From NCBI GenBank assembly GCA_963765495.1, contig CAVXWP010000009.1, forward strand, positions 736,001 through 800,000: a DNA stretch of 64,000 nt, read 5' to 3'. The position numbers and the translations under genes are program-made. The stretch comes from Blastocatellia bacterium. GTDB taxonomy: Bacteria > Acidobacteriota > Blastocatellia > UBA7656. Below are positions 32,481 through 41,007 of the stretch, piece after piece. A model generated the notes under the pieces. That model was not told the DNA's origin and ran no database searches. It saw only the letters and a program-made list of their open reading frames with translations. Numbering within the stretch: the stretch's first letter is position 1; each line of letters starts with the position of its first letter.

Positions 32481-32946
32481 TTCGCAGACATCAACGTCGT
32501 TTCAAGAAAACGGGCTCAAAATGTTTGGCAAAGGATGTACCACTCAATCCGGGTTGAGTTGATGAAGGTAATCAGAGATGTCCCGAATCGGTTAAATCAT
32601 TCATACTTTACGGGCATTCCTGTAATAAATATCTGTTGTGCTCTCGCGCTGCGATATAGACAGAAGCAAGTGGAAGTGTAATTGCGCTACATGTTTTTGG
32701 TAATGACCGTGGCTCAAATACCCATGAGATCGGGCGGATGATGCGTGATGCGTGATCGGTGAAGGGAATCACTGATGGCTCAAAGTACGCCAGAGATTTT
32801 CTGAGAATCAAATGGTCCTGCTGCAATGCAACCCGTCAGATCCGATTGCTGTTGATTTCAGTATGCCGCTGGTTTATTCTCGATTCTCCCGCCTCGCCTG
32901 TGTTTATCCGGACAGGCCGGGCGCTTGCGACTGGGGATAAATACTG

Positions 32947-33858
32947 ATGATGAAATCTCTCTTGCTTTATCTGTCAGGTAGCGAAGGTTTCAAGAAGTTT
33001 CTTACGCGTTTCAAATCTTTCAATAACGTCACCCATCGGTTCGTAGCGGGCGAAGAGCTTGCGGACGCGGTCGAAGCCGTCCGGGAACTCAACCGCAGGA
33101 GTATCTCCGCATCATTCGATCATCTGGGCGAATCAATAACGGTCGAAGCCGAGACACGCGACGAGGTAGACGAATACACGCATATCTTCGACAGCATAAA
33201 CGAACATGCGCTCGATTCAAACGCATCGGTCAAGCTGACTCAACTCGGACTCGACATCGATAAAGAGCTTTGCTATCAAAACACCCGCGCCATCGTTGAG
33301 GCCGCCGCCCGCTATAAGAGTTTTGTCCGCATCGACATGGAAGACTCGCCCAGAACCGATGCTACGCTTGAGATATTCACCCGCCTGCGACCGGAGTTTG
33401 ACAATGTCGGAATAGTTGTTCAGTCATACCTCTATCGCACCGAAAAAGACATAGAAAACCTGTTGAAACTGGGCGCGAGGATCCGCCTGTGCAAAGGCGC
33501 ATACGACGAACCTGAATCCGTAGCCTTTCCCAACAAAGAAGACGTGGACGCCAACTACGTAAAGCTGATGAAGATGCTGGTTGTATCAGGGATCTATCAC
33601 GGCATAGCCACGCACGATGAGAACATGATCGCGGCTACGAAGCAGTTTGTCGAAGAACGCAAGATAGATCGCGACAGGTTTGAGTTTCAGATGCTTTATG
33701 GAATCAGACGCGATTTACAGGAGCAACTCGTAGCCGATGGCTATCGCATACGCGTCTATGTGCCTTACGGGCGCTTCTGGTATCCGTACTTCATGCGGCG
33801 ACTGGCCGAACGCCCCGCCAATCTCTGGTTCGTCCTGAAGAATATTATGAAAGGGTGA
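32947..33858 (+). CDS. Monofunctional proline dehydrogenase
   Basis: RFVAGE, SVKLTQLG, IDMED, RLCKGAY, IATHD, EFQMLYG, YVPYG..YFMRRLAERP motifs. Confidence 0.93.
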   Translation: MMKSLLLYLSGSEGFKKFLTRFKSFNNVTHRFVAGEELADAVEAVRELNRRSISASFDHLGESITVEAETRDEVDEYTHIFDSINEHALDSNASVKLTQLGLDIDKELCYQNTRAIVEAAARYKSFVRIDMEDSPRTDATLEIFTRLRPEFDNVGIVVQSYLYRTEKDIENLLKLGARIRLCKGAYDEPESVAFPNKEDVDANYVKLMKMLVVSGIYHGIATHDENMIAATKQFVEERKIDRDRFEFQMLYGIRRDLQEQLVADGYRIRVYVPYGRFWYPYFMRRLAERPANLWFVLKNIMKG

Positions 33859-33874
33859 GCGAAGGGATTTCAGA

Positions 33875-34009
33875 AGGGATGAGGGATGAGGGATGAGGGA
33901 TGAGGGATGAAAAGGACTGTAACGTCACATCTCAATTAAATGGGGAGAGGGAATACCGGGATGTTACCAGATGGTCCTTTTCATCCCTCATCCCTCATCC
34001 CTCATCCCT
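33875..34009. repeat. (GGGATGA)n ... (TCATCCC)n inverted heptamer-array element, copy 2
   Basis: 5 + 4 heptamers. The inner flank AAAAGGAC/GTCCTTTT is shared with the right arm of copy 1. Confidence 0.9.
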
Positions 34010-34015
34010 TAAGAA

Positions 34016-35350
34016 TTAGGTTCCGATTCTCATCTCGAAAAGCGGATTGCTTAGCGAAGCGCTCGCGGTTTTTGCTGCGGCACGCTTCTGTTGGGCTTTT
34101 GGTTTGGCCGAGGCTTCCTTTATTACCTCAACGGCTTTCTTTAGTTGAACGTCTTCGACAGGTTGCTCTGGCGGCTTGGGCACGGTGGCCTGCGGCTGCT
34201 CGCCTTTATCATCGGCGGCCGAATCATCGTCGTCATCGCCGTCGGGCAGGACGACTTCCGCTTCCACCGGGCGGTCTACTTTGATTGATGGAGTGACCGG
34301 CTCTTCCATGAAAGGCTTGCCGGTGGCGGGCGCGTATTTGGCCGTCGTGATCAGCAGCGCCCCGCCGTCTGAAAGCGAGAAGAGTTGCTGGTCAGACCCC
34401 GCGCCGAAAGTGCGCTCGCCGACGACATCGCCGCGTTTCTGTTCGAGAACTGCCGCTGCGATGATCTCTGCCGGTCCAGCCGTAGAGCGATCCGTTACGA
34501 CGACCAGCGGCCCGTTGAATACGACCTTGCTCTCATCGGCGTTAAAGGCTTTCGCCTCCTTGCCGCCTTTGCCCACGATGCGCGCAAGCGGCCCCGAGCC
34601 TATGAAGAGGTTGGCAACAGCCACGCCTTCTTCGATCTTTCCGTTAGCCGCGCCGCGCAGGTCGAGCACAATCTTTTGAGCGCCCTTCGAGATCAGATCG
34701 TTTAGCTGCGATTTCACTTCGCCCGCCTTGCCTTCGACCATGCTCGTGACCTTTATATAGCCAATTCCCGGCTCTTCCACACGCGCTTCGATTGCGGGCT
34801 GAACTATCTTTGCGCGAGGCACCATGATCTTGTGCGACTGTCCCTGATGGAGTATGCGAACCTCGATCGAAGTTCCGGCCTGCCCGCTCAATAGTTGCTC
34901 GATGTCATACAGGCTCAGGTCTCTTGACGGCACTTTGCCTACATATTCTATGAAGTCGCCTTCGCGTATGCCTGCCTGCTCGGCGGGCGTTCCTTTCAAG
35001 ACCGAAACTACGTAAGCGTACCCGGCCACCTTCGACACTATCATGCCGGTCTGGGCGAGATTGGCTTTCGGGTCATACTGCTTGACCTGTTCGGGTGTCA
35101 GGTAGGCGCTGTAAGGATCAAGCCCTTCGGCAAGCCCGCGAAGGCTGCCGATTCTCACCTTTTCCAGGTCGGGCTGGTCAACATAATCGCGGATGATGTG
35201 GCTGAGCACTTCATCAAAGGTTGTTAATTGAGCGTATTGACTTCCGCGCGCCACCGCCTGGCCGGACTTCGACATAAAGCTGCCGACTATGGCATAAAAG
35301 GCGATGACCGTTGAGAAAACGACGATGGCGATTTTGGTTTTGAACTGCAT
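34016..35350 (-). CDS. S41 C-terminal-processing protease homolog (PDZ), catalytic residues substituted
   Basis: LDPYSAYL, PDZ domain, VLDLRG. TAGPAE in place of SASASE and TFGAG in place of TFGKG. Confidence 0.85.
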   Translation of the reverse strand: MQFKTKIAIVVFSTVIAFYAIVGSFMSKSGQAVARGSQYAQLTTFDEVLSHIIRDYVDQPDLEKVRIGSLRGLAEGLDPYSAYLTPEQVKQYDPKANLAQTGMIVSKVAGYAYVVSVLKGTPAEQAGIREGDFIEYVGKVPSRDLSLYDIEQLLSGQAGTSIEVRILHQGQSHKIMVPRAKIVQPAIEARVEEPGIGYIKVTSMVEGKAGEVKSQLNDLISKGAQKIVLDLRGAANGKIEEGVAVANLFIGSGPLARIVGKGGKEAKAFNADESKVVFNGPLVVVTDRSTAGPAEIIAAAVLEQKRGDVVGERTFGAGSDQQLFSLSDGGALLITTAKYAPATGKPFMEEPVTPSIKVDRPVEAEVVLPDGDDDDDSAADDKGEQPQATVPKPPEQPVEDVQLKKAVEVIKEASAKPKAQQKRAAAKTASASLSNPLFEMRIGT

Positions 35351-35623
35351 CCGTGACTCCTTATTAGGCGTTGAGCACATCATATATTAACCCGCACCCG
35401 AGTCCGGGCGCAAGGATTTAAGACTCCGCCTCAAGAGCCAAAGTATATTGATCATCAGAACCACCTGGTTTTGTGCCGGGTCATTGTCATAGCGCGACAG
35501 CAATTCACGGACATTTATTCCCTCCGTATTTCCCAGTAGATTGACTTGCTATCCAAGCTGCTATAGATTCACTGTCGGATCAACTCCGTCTCTCATCCTA
35601 AGATTGGATCCCAAGAGGTGTTT

Positions 35624-37177
35624 ATGCGAGCTAGAATCATTCGCCTTTTTATTCTGGTGGTCTTCATCTCATTTGCTTTCGTTAGCATTTGTTTTAATAG
35701 CCAAGCACAGAAACCTGACTCCCGCTTTTCGCCGATGATCCCAAAAACCTGGGACGAAGCCGCGCTTGCCGATTGGGCAACGCCGGTCGCTGGATTGAAT
35801 GTGCGACCCACGCATATTTCGGCCAAAGAGTACTACTCCTTACCGGTGGAGAATCTGAGAACCTATCCGGTCTATGTCCCAGGCCGGGAGCCGGAAGGCT
35901 ATTGGGAGATGCTTCAGCGTGTCGGGCCACAGCCTTTGATTGAGCCCGAGAAGCTGAAGACCGAAGCTGACTGGATTGACGCGGGACGGAGAGTCTTCGA
36001 AGGAGCGGATGATTTGCACCTCCGAACTTTCGCCCCAGAGTTAATATCTACAGCCAGGAACCCTAAGACTTTTGAGGGGCGGCAACCGTTACCGGACGGC
36101 ACGGTATCAGATTTGCGATGGGTCCCGACGAAAAACGGGGTTGCTCTTTCCCTTTCAAATTGCACGAATTGTCACCTATTGCTTCTGCAGGATGGCACGC
36201 TCGTCCCTGGCGCCCCCACGTTCGCCAGGCCTAATCCCCCTGGCAGAAGCGGCCTGGTTCGCCCGCTACAAACTGCGGTGCGCTCCGTTACCGGAGCCCC
36301 GCCATTCCTTATGGGAACTGAGAGCTTTGGGACCTGGCTCTACCAGGCATACGGGGTTCCCTGGAAGGAGGACGACATCCACGAGCGAGTGAAGGCGATG
36401 TCGGAGGCTGATTACAACTTATGGATCAATGCCGCAGTGCGCGGCGGCGGCGTGCCGCGCTGGAATGGCAGCCCTTATTACCCGGCAAAGATTCCGGATC
36501 TGATCGGCATTAAGAACCGGAAATATTTAGATCATACGGCAACACACTTGCACCGCGGGATCGGCGACCTGATGCGGTATGCATCTCTGATTAGCTTCGC
36601 CGAAACGGCTGAGTTTGGCCGCTATCACATGCTATTGCCAACCACAAAGAGGGCTCAGGCGAGATTGTCGGATGAAGCGCTCTACGCGCTCGCGTTGTAC
36701 ATTTATTCGCTGAAGCCGCCTCCGAATCCGAACTCATTCGATGAGCAAGCGAAGGCAGGAGAAAAGATCTTCGCACGAGAGGGTTGCACGATGTGTCACA
36801 CGCCGCCGTTGTACACAAGCAACAAACTCACCCTCGCTGAGGGGTTCATCCCGCCGAAGGACGTGCCAGCGACACTCGACATCCTGCGGCTATCGGTCGG
36901 CACCGATACGGGTTTGGCGCTGGGAACGCGTAAGGGCACGGGTTATTACAAGGTGCCCTCGCTCAAAGGCGTATGGTATCGCGGACATTACCTGCACGAT
37001 GGGGGGGCGGCAAGTCTGGAGGAGATGTTCGACCCAGATCGCCTCAAAGAGAGCCATGTAGCTGGAGGATGGTGCCCACCTGGTACCCAAACCCATGCCA
37101 TCAAGGGTCACCCGTTTGGCCTAGACCTGTCAGAGGGGGAGCGTAAAGCATTGATCGCTTTCCTGAAGACGCTCTGA
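35624..37177 (+). CDS. Secreted di-heme c-type cytochrome (cytochrome c peroxidase/RoxA-like superfamily)
   Basis: Signal peptide, CTNCH and CTMCH heme motifs, YKVPSLKGVW..YLHDG. Confidence 0.75.
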   Translation: MRARIIRLFILVVFISFAFVSICFNSQAQKPDSRFSPMIPKTWDEAALADWATPVAGLNVRPTHISAKEYYSLPVENLRTYPVYVPGREPEGYWEMLQRVGPQPLIEPEKLKTEADWIDAGRRVFEGADDLHLRTFAPELISTARNPKTFEGRQPLPDGTVSDLRWVPTKNGVALSLSNCTNCHLLLLQDGTLVPGAPTFARPNPPGRSGLVRPLQTAVRSVTGAPPFLMGTESFGTWLYQAYGVPWKEDDIHERVKAMSEADYNLWINAAVRGGGVPRWNGSPYYPAKIPDLIGIKNRKYLDHTATHLHRGIGDLMRYASLISFAETAEFGRYHMLLPTTKRAQARLSDEALYALALYIYSLKPPPNPNSFDEQAKAGEKIFAREGCTMCHTPPLYTSNKLTLAEGFIPPKDVPATLDILRLSVGTDTGLALGTRKGTGYYKVPSLKGVWYRGHYLHDGGAASLEEMFDPDRLKESHVAGGWCPPGTQTHAIKGHPFGLDLSEGERKALIAFLKTL

Positions 37178-37190
37178 ATAGTTTAAGATC

Positions 37191-37218
37191 ATTTCGCAGA
37201 ATGCCTGTAGTGCGAAAT
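37191..37218. other. dif-like 11-6-11 recombination site
   Basis: ATTTCGCAGAA-TGCCTG-TAGTGCGAAAT, 48 bp upstream of a tyrosine recombinase start. Confidence 0.6.
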
Positions 37219-37266
37219 TATTGAACCGATTTGACAGCTTTTGTAGTAGGCTGAAAACGTCTACTT

Positions 37267-37614
37267 ATGCGTACTCCATCCGCTAAAGCGAAATCTCAAA
37301 ATGGCCTGAAAGAGCTTATCTCTGCGACCACAAAGCTTTGGCGCAAGCATCATCTCACTAATGATCAAGCCCGCTATATCTCTAAAGAGGTCCGAAGGGC
37401 TTTGGGTATCGAGCGGGTAAAGTCTCGCAAGCGGATAGTCCAACGCCTATCGCGAGATGAGGAGCAACATCTCATCCAACACGCATATAAGCAAAGCGGA
37501 GAGCGCGGCCTATTGGTCAAGTCCCTATTCCAGACTGGTGCAAGAGTATCCGAGTTCGTCAACATCAAGGGGGAGGATTTCTTCTTTGAAGAGACAAATG
37601 GCTCCGGGGCCTGA
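37267..37614 (+). pseudogene. Tyrosine recombinase, C-terminally truncated
   Basis: Box I LFQTGARVSE is present; no HxxR or catalytic Tyr before the stop. Confidence 0.8.
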
Positions 37615-37684
37615 ATAGAACGGCAACTCGGCTTTAATCGCGCTCGTTGACACCTCGCAATCGCCCTACTTATACTGAAAATTA

Positions 37685-38104
37685 ATGCGTGTGCTCGCCA
37701 TAGATTTCGGCACTAAAAGAATAGGAACGGCCGTATCGGACGCGCTAGGCATAAGCGTGCGTCCGGTAGAGACGATTCGCCGCTCGTCTTTGGGCAAAGA
37801 CCTTGACAGGTTAAAGTCGCTGGTCGAAGACCTTGAACCCGAGGCGGTCGTCGTGGGGTTGCCTTTAAGAATGGATGGCCGGATGGGCGACGCCGCGCTG
37901 TCGGTTATGCGGTTTGCCGAGCGGTTGCAGGTTGCGCTTTCCATACCCGTCTACACGCAGGACGAGCGATTGACCAGTTACGAAGCCGAACAGATGATGA
38001 TCGAACGCGGCATGGGGCGAGACGAGCGGCGCGCGCGCTCGGACCAGTTTGCAGCGATGATAATATTAGAGGATTACTTATCAACAGCCAGGATCAGGAA
38101 ATGA
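37685..38104 (+). CDS. ruvX: Holliday junction resolvase-like / pre-16S rRNA nuclease YqgF
   Basis: LAIDFGTKRIGTAVSD, VVGLP, QDERLTS motifs. Confidence 0.93.
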   Translation: MRVLAIDFGTKRIGTAVSDALGISVRPVETIRRSSLGKDLDRLKSLVEDLEPEAVVVGLPLRMDGRMGDAALSVMRFAERLQVALSIPVYTQDERLTSYEAEQMMIERGMGRDERRARSDQFAAMIILEDYLSTARIRK

Positions 38105-39237
38105 ATTCGCAAGAACCGGAGGCAGATGCCTCAAGCATACAGATCGAGTCTGTAGCGCCGGAAACTCCCGCCGCCGCGCCTCCTCAAAAGCCGCGCCGCC
38201 TGCTTCGCTACGCGGCGCTCTTTTTACTCGCACTGATTCTGGCAGCGATAGCCGCAGGCGCGCTGTGGGTGAGGGGGGCCGTGGCCGGGCAGGTCGAGCA
38301 CTCTTCGGCAGACGAGATAATTTCAATAGAACCGGGGATGAGCACGCAGGCGATCATATCTCGATTGACCGCAGCCGGAATCGTTCGCCGCCCGAGAGTG
38401 CTCAGACTCTATTTGCGCGTCACGGGGCTGGGCGATAATCTCAAGGCAGGCGATTACAGATTCGACTCTCCGATCTCGCCGCTTCAGGCTATAGACAAAA
38501 TAAGGCGAGGCGATGTCTATCTCGAGCGCGTCACCATACCGGAAGGTTTCAATCGCTTCGACATAGCCGAGACGCTCGCGACAAAGACCGGCAAGGCCAC
38601 AAAGGAAGAGTTCCTCCACTTGATGGAAGACCAGACGCCGATTCTCGATATAGCACCGTCGGCGCGAAATCTTGAAGGTTATCTCTTCCCGGATACATAC
38701 TCTTACACATCAAAGACCACGCCCGAGGAATTGATTCTTTTAATGGTCAATCGCTTTAAGGAGGTATTCACGCCCGAATGGCAGGCGCGGGCGAGTGAAC
38801 TGGGGATGACAGTGCATCAGGTGGTCACGCTCGCCTCCATAGTCGAAGAGGAGGCGCGACTGCCCGAGGAGCGCCCGCTTGTCGCGTCGGTCTTTCACAA
38901 CCGTTTGAAAATAGGCATGCAGCTTGCGAGCGATCCAACCTTTATTTATGCCGCGATCCTGGCCAACGACTATGACGGGAACCCCAACCAGCCGCGCCAC
39001 CGCCGCCGGGACTCGCGCTACAACACTTATCTGTATCCGGGGCTTCCGCCCGGCCCCATAGCCTCGCCCGGTCGCGCTTCGCTTGAGGCGACACTCTTCC
39101 CGGCTGAAAGCGATTATCTCTATTTTGTAGTGAACGGGACCGGGGGACATCACAAGTTCTCGCGCACCTCGGCAGAACACGAAGCCGCGGTCGAAGAGTA
39201 CCGCAAGCTACAGCGCGAGCAACGCGGGCAGCAATAG
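38101..39237 (+). CDS. mltG: Endolytic transglycosylase
   Basis: VTIPEG, LEGYLFPDTY, LASIVEEE, YNTY..GLPPGPIASPG motifs. Confidence 0.94.
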   Translation: MNSQEPEADASSIQIESVAPETPAAAPPQKPRRLLRYAALFLLALILAAIAAGALWVRGAVAGQVEHSSADEIISIEPGMSTQAIISRLTAAGIVRRPRVLRLYLRVTGLGDNLKAGDYRFDSPISPLQAIDKIRRGDVYLERVTIPEGFNRFDIAETLATKTGKATKEEFLHLMEDQTPILDIAPSARNLEGYLFPDTYSYTSKTTPEELILLMVNRFKEVFTPEWQARASELGMTVHQVVTLASIVEEEARLPEERPLVASVFHNRLKIGMQLASDPTFIYAAILANDYDGNPNQPRHRRRDSRYNTYLYPGLPPGPIASPGRASLEATLFPAESDYLYFVVNGTGGHHKFSRTSAEHEAAVEEYRKLQREQRGQQ

Positions 39238-39246
39238 CCAAAGCCG

Positions 39247-39301
39247 TCAGTCTCCCGTTGTCCCTTGTTAAATTCTTCCACAACGGACAACGGGAGACTG
39301 A
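39247..39301. repeat. Inverted repeat (ACAACGG family) between convergent mltG and htrA
   Basis: TCAGTCTCCCGTTGTCC ... GGACAACGGGAGACTGA. Confidence 0.75.
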
Positions 39302-39315
39302 CAACCGACAGCTTT

Positions 39316-40455
39316 TCACCGAACAGTCTTCGGTCGTTCGCTGAGTCGCACCGGCAGGGTCAGGCGCTCGCTTTGACGCAACAATTCCAGTTGGACTGTC
39401 TGCCCGGGTTGCTTGTTCTGGAGAACGTGCTGAAGGTCGTCGTTTGATTTGATAGGTTGTTTGTCAATCGCAAGCAGCACGTCGCCCAGTTTTTCCAGAG
39501 CCATTCCATAAACCGTATCGCGCACCTCTGATCCGCGAACGCCCGCCGCCGCCGCGCCGCTGCCGCGATAGACATCGCCGATTATCAATCCCTCTTCAAC
39601 CGGCAAGTTTAGTCTTCGAGCCATCCTTCGGTTGAGCGGAATCAGCGAAACGCCAAGCCACGGGTGCGCGACATAGCCCTTAGAGATCAGATCGGGAATG
39701 ATCTTTTTGGCCGTGTCAACCGGGATGGCAAAGCCTATGCCCACGCTTCCACCCGACGGGCTGTATATCGCCGTATTGATGCCTATCAATTCGCCCTTCG
39801 CATTCAACAGAGGTCCGCCGGAATTGCCGGGATTGATCGAGGCATCGGTCTGTATTGCGCCCTCGATTGTGCGGCGCGAACTGGAATCGCGCAACGGTCG
39901 CTCGAGCCCGCTGATTATCCCTGTCGTCAGGGTTCGCTGAAGCCCGAAGGGATTGCCGATAGCCAGCACCTTCTGGCCTACTTCCAACCCCTGCGATGTG
40001 CCGAGCTTGACGGCAGTCAATCGGTCTCGCGGGGCCTTTACCTGTATGACCGCCAGATCGTTGTCGGGGTCTGTGCCTATGAGGGTTCCCGGATATTTAT
40101 CATCTCCGATCATCACCTCAAGCTGCTCGGCTCCCTGCACGACGTGGTTGTTTGTGAGGATATGGCCTTCCTGATCAATTATAGAACCCGAGCCGCTGCC
40201 TTCCTGCGGGTATACGCCGAACCATGTCTCAGTGTAGCTGCGGCTTGTGATGTTGACGACGCCGGGGCTGACCGTCCGATATATGTCGATGTTGTTCTGT
40301 TCGTCGGTTGCAACCGAGGGGTCGGCAATGGCGACAGGTTCTACGCTTGCGCCGCGCCGCTCCAATCCGAATTGCGCGAGCGTCACAAGCACCCCCGCGA
40401 TCACAGCCGAAAAAACTGCCAGCGCCGTAAGCTGCTTACCCGTGACCCGATACAT
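39316..40455 (-). CDS. HtrA/DegP-family serine protease (1 PDZ)
   Basis: ILTNNHV, DLAV, IQTDASINPGNSGGPL motifs. Confidence 0.94.
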   Translation of the reverse strand: MYRVTGKQLTALAVFSAVIAGVLVTLAQFGLERRGASVEPVAIADPSVATDEQNNIDIYRTVSPGVVNITSRSYTETWFGVYPQEGSGSGSIIDQEGHILTNNHVVQGAEQLEVMIGDDKYPGTLIGTDPDNDLAVIQVKAPRDRLTAVKLGTSQGLEVGQKVLAIGNPFGLQRTLTTGIISGLERPLRDSSSRRTIEGAIQTDASINPGNSGGPLLNAKGELIGINTAIYSPSGGSVGIGFAIPVDTAKKIIPDLISKGYVAHPWLGVSLIPLNRRMARRLNLPVEEGLIIGDVYRGSGAAAAGVRGSEVRDTVYGMALEKLGDVLLAIDKQPIKSNDDLQHVLQNKQPGQTVQLELLRQSERLTLPVRLSERPKTVR

Positions 40456-41007
40456 AACTGCTTCCTCCTTTGAATCCATCTTTTCATTCAACCGGATGGC
40501 AATCTGCTCTTTCACCGATTGGTCTTTCCATCCCGACATCAATTATAACGCCTCTCCCCGAATTCTCGCTGCATCATTTTGCCTTCCCGAAGTTCACCCC
40601 TTGCTCATACGTGACTGAATTTTATCGGTCATTTCATTCACTTTGACCGAAAGCCGAGACGGCCGAAGGTACCCTGGTGAAGAGAGATATATTCCATATG
40701 AAAGAAGATTAAACGAGCAAAGAAAATCGCTCAGAGACAACTCGGTCGCGGTTTGGTGGGAGCTAAACCATTGCGTCTACAGGGTATATCTTATTTCGAG
40801 GCGAGGGCGAAGAAACGGTTTTTTGCGTATTGGACCGATCACGGCGCGCTTACCCGAAGGGGATGGCCGTTATTTGGTACATGGCTTGATAGTTATCTTG
40901 AGCGAGAGGCCAATCGAGAAATTCGGGTTGGGGATAGGGCGTAAGGCAGAAGGGTACAGAAGAGGATAAAATCTCAATTTAACAATCCTATTCTTAAACG
41001 AAAAATT

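Noticed and set aside
32364-32946. Riboswitch or ORF (32202-32681) in the EPS leader
   Set aside because: I could not match a c-di-GMP or other aptamer consensus by eye, and the ORF has no protein features. Only the 15-bp inverted repeat is supported.
37191-37218. The chromosomal dif site
   Set aside because: The right arm is an inverted XerC-like arm, not the XerD consensus TTATGTTAAAT, and it sits next to its own recombinase remnant.
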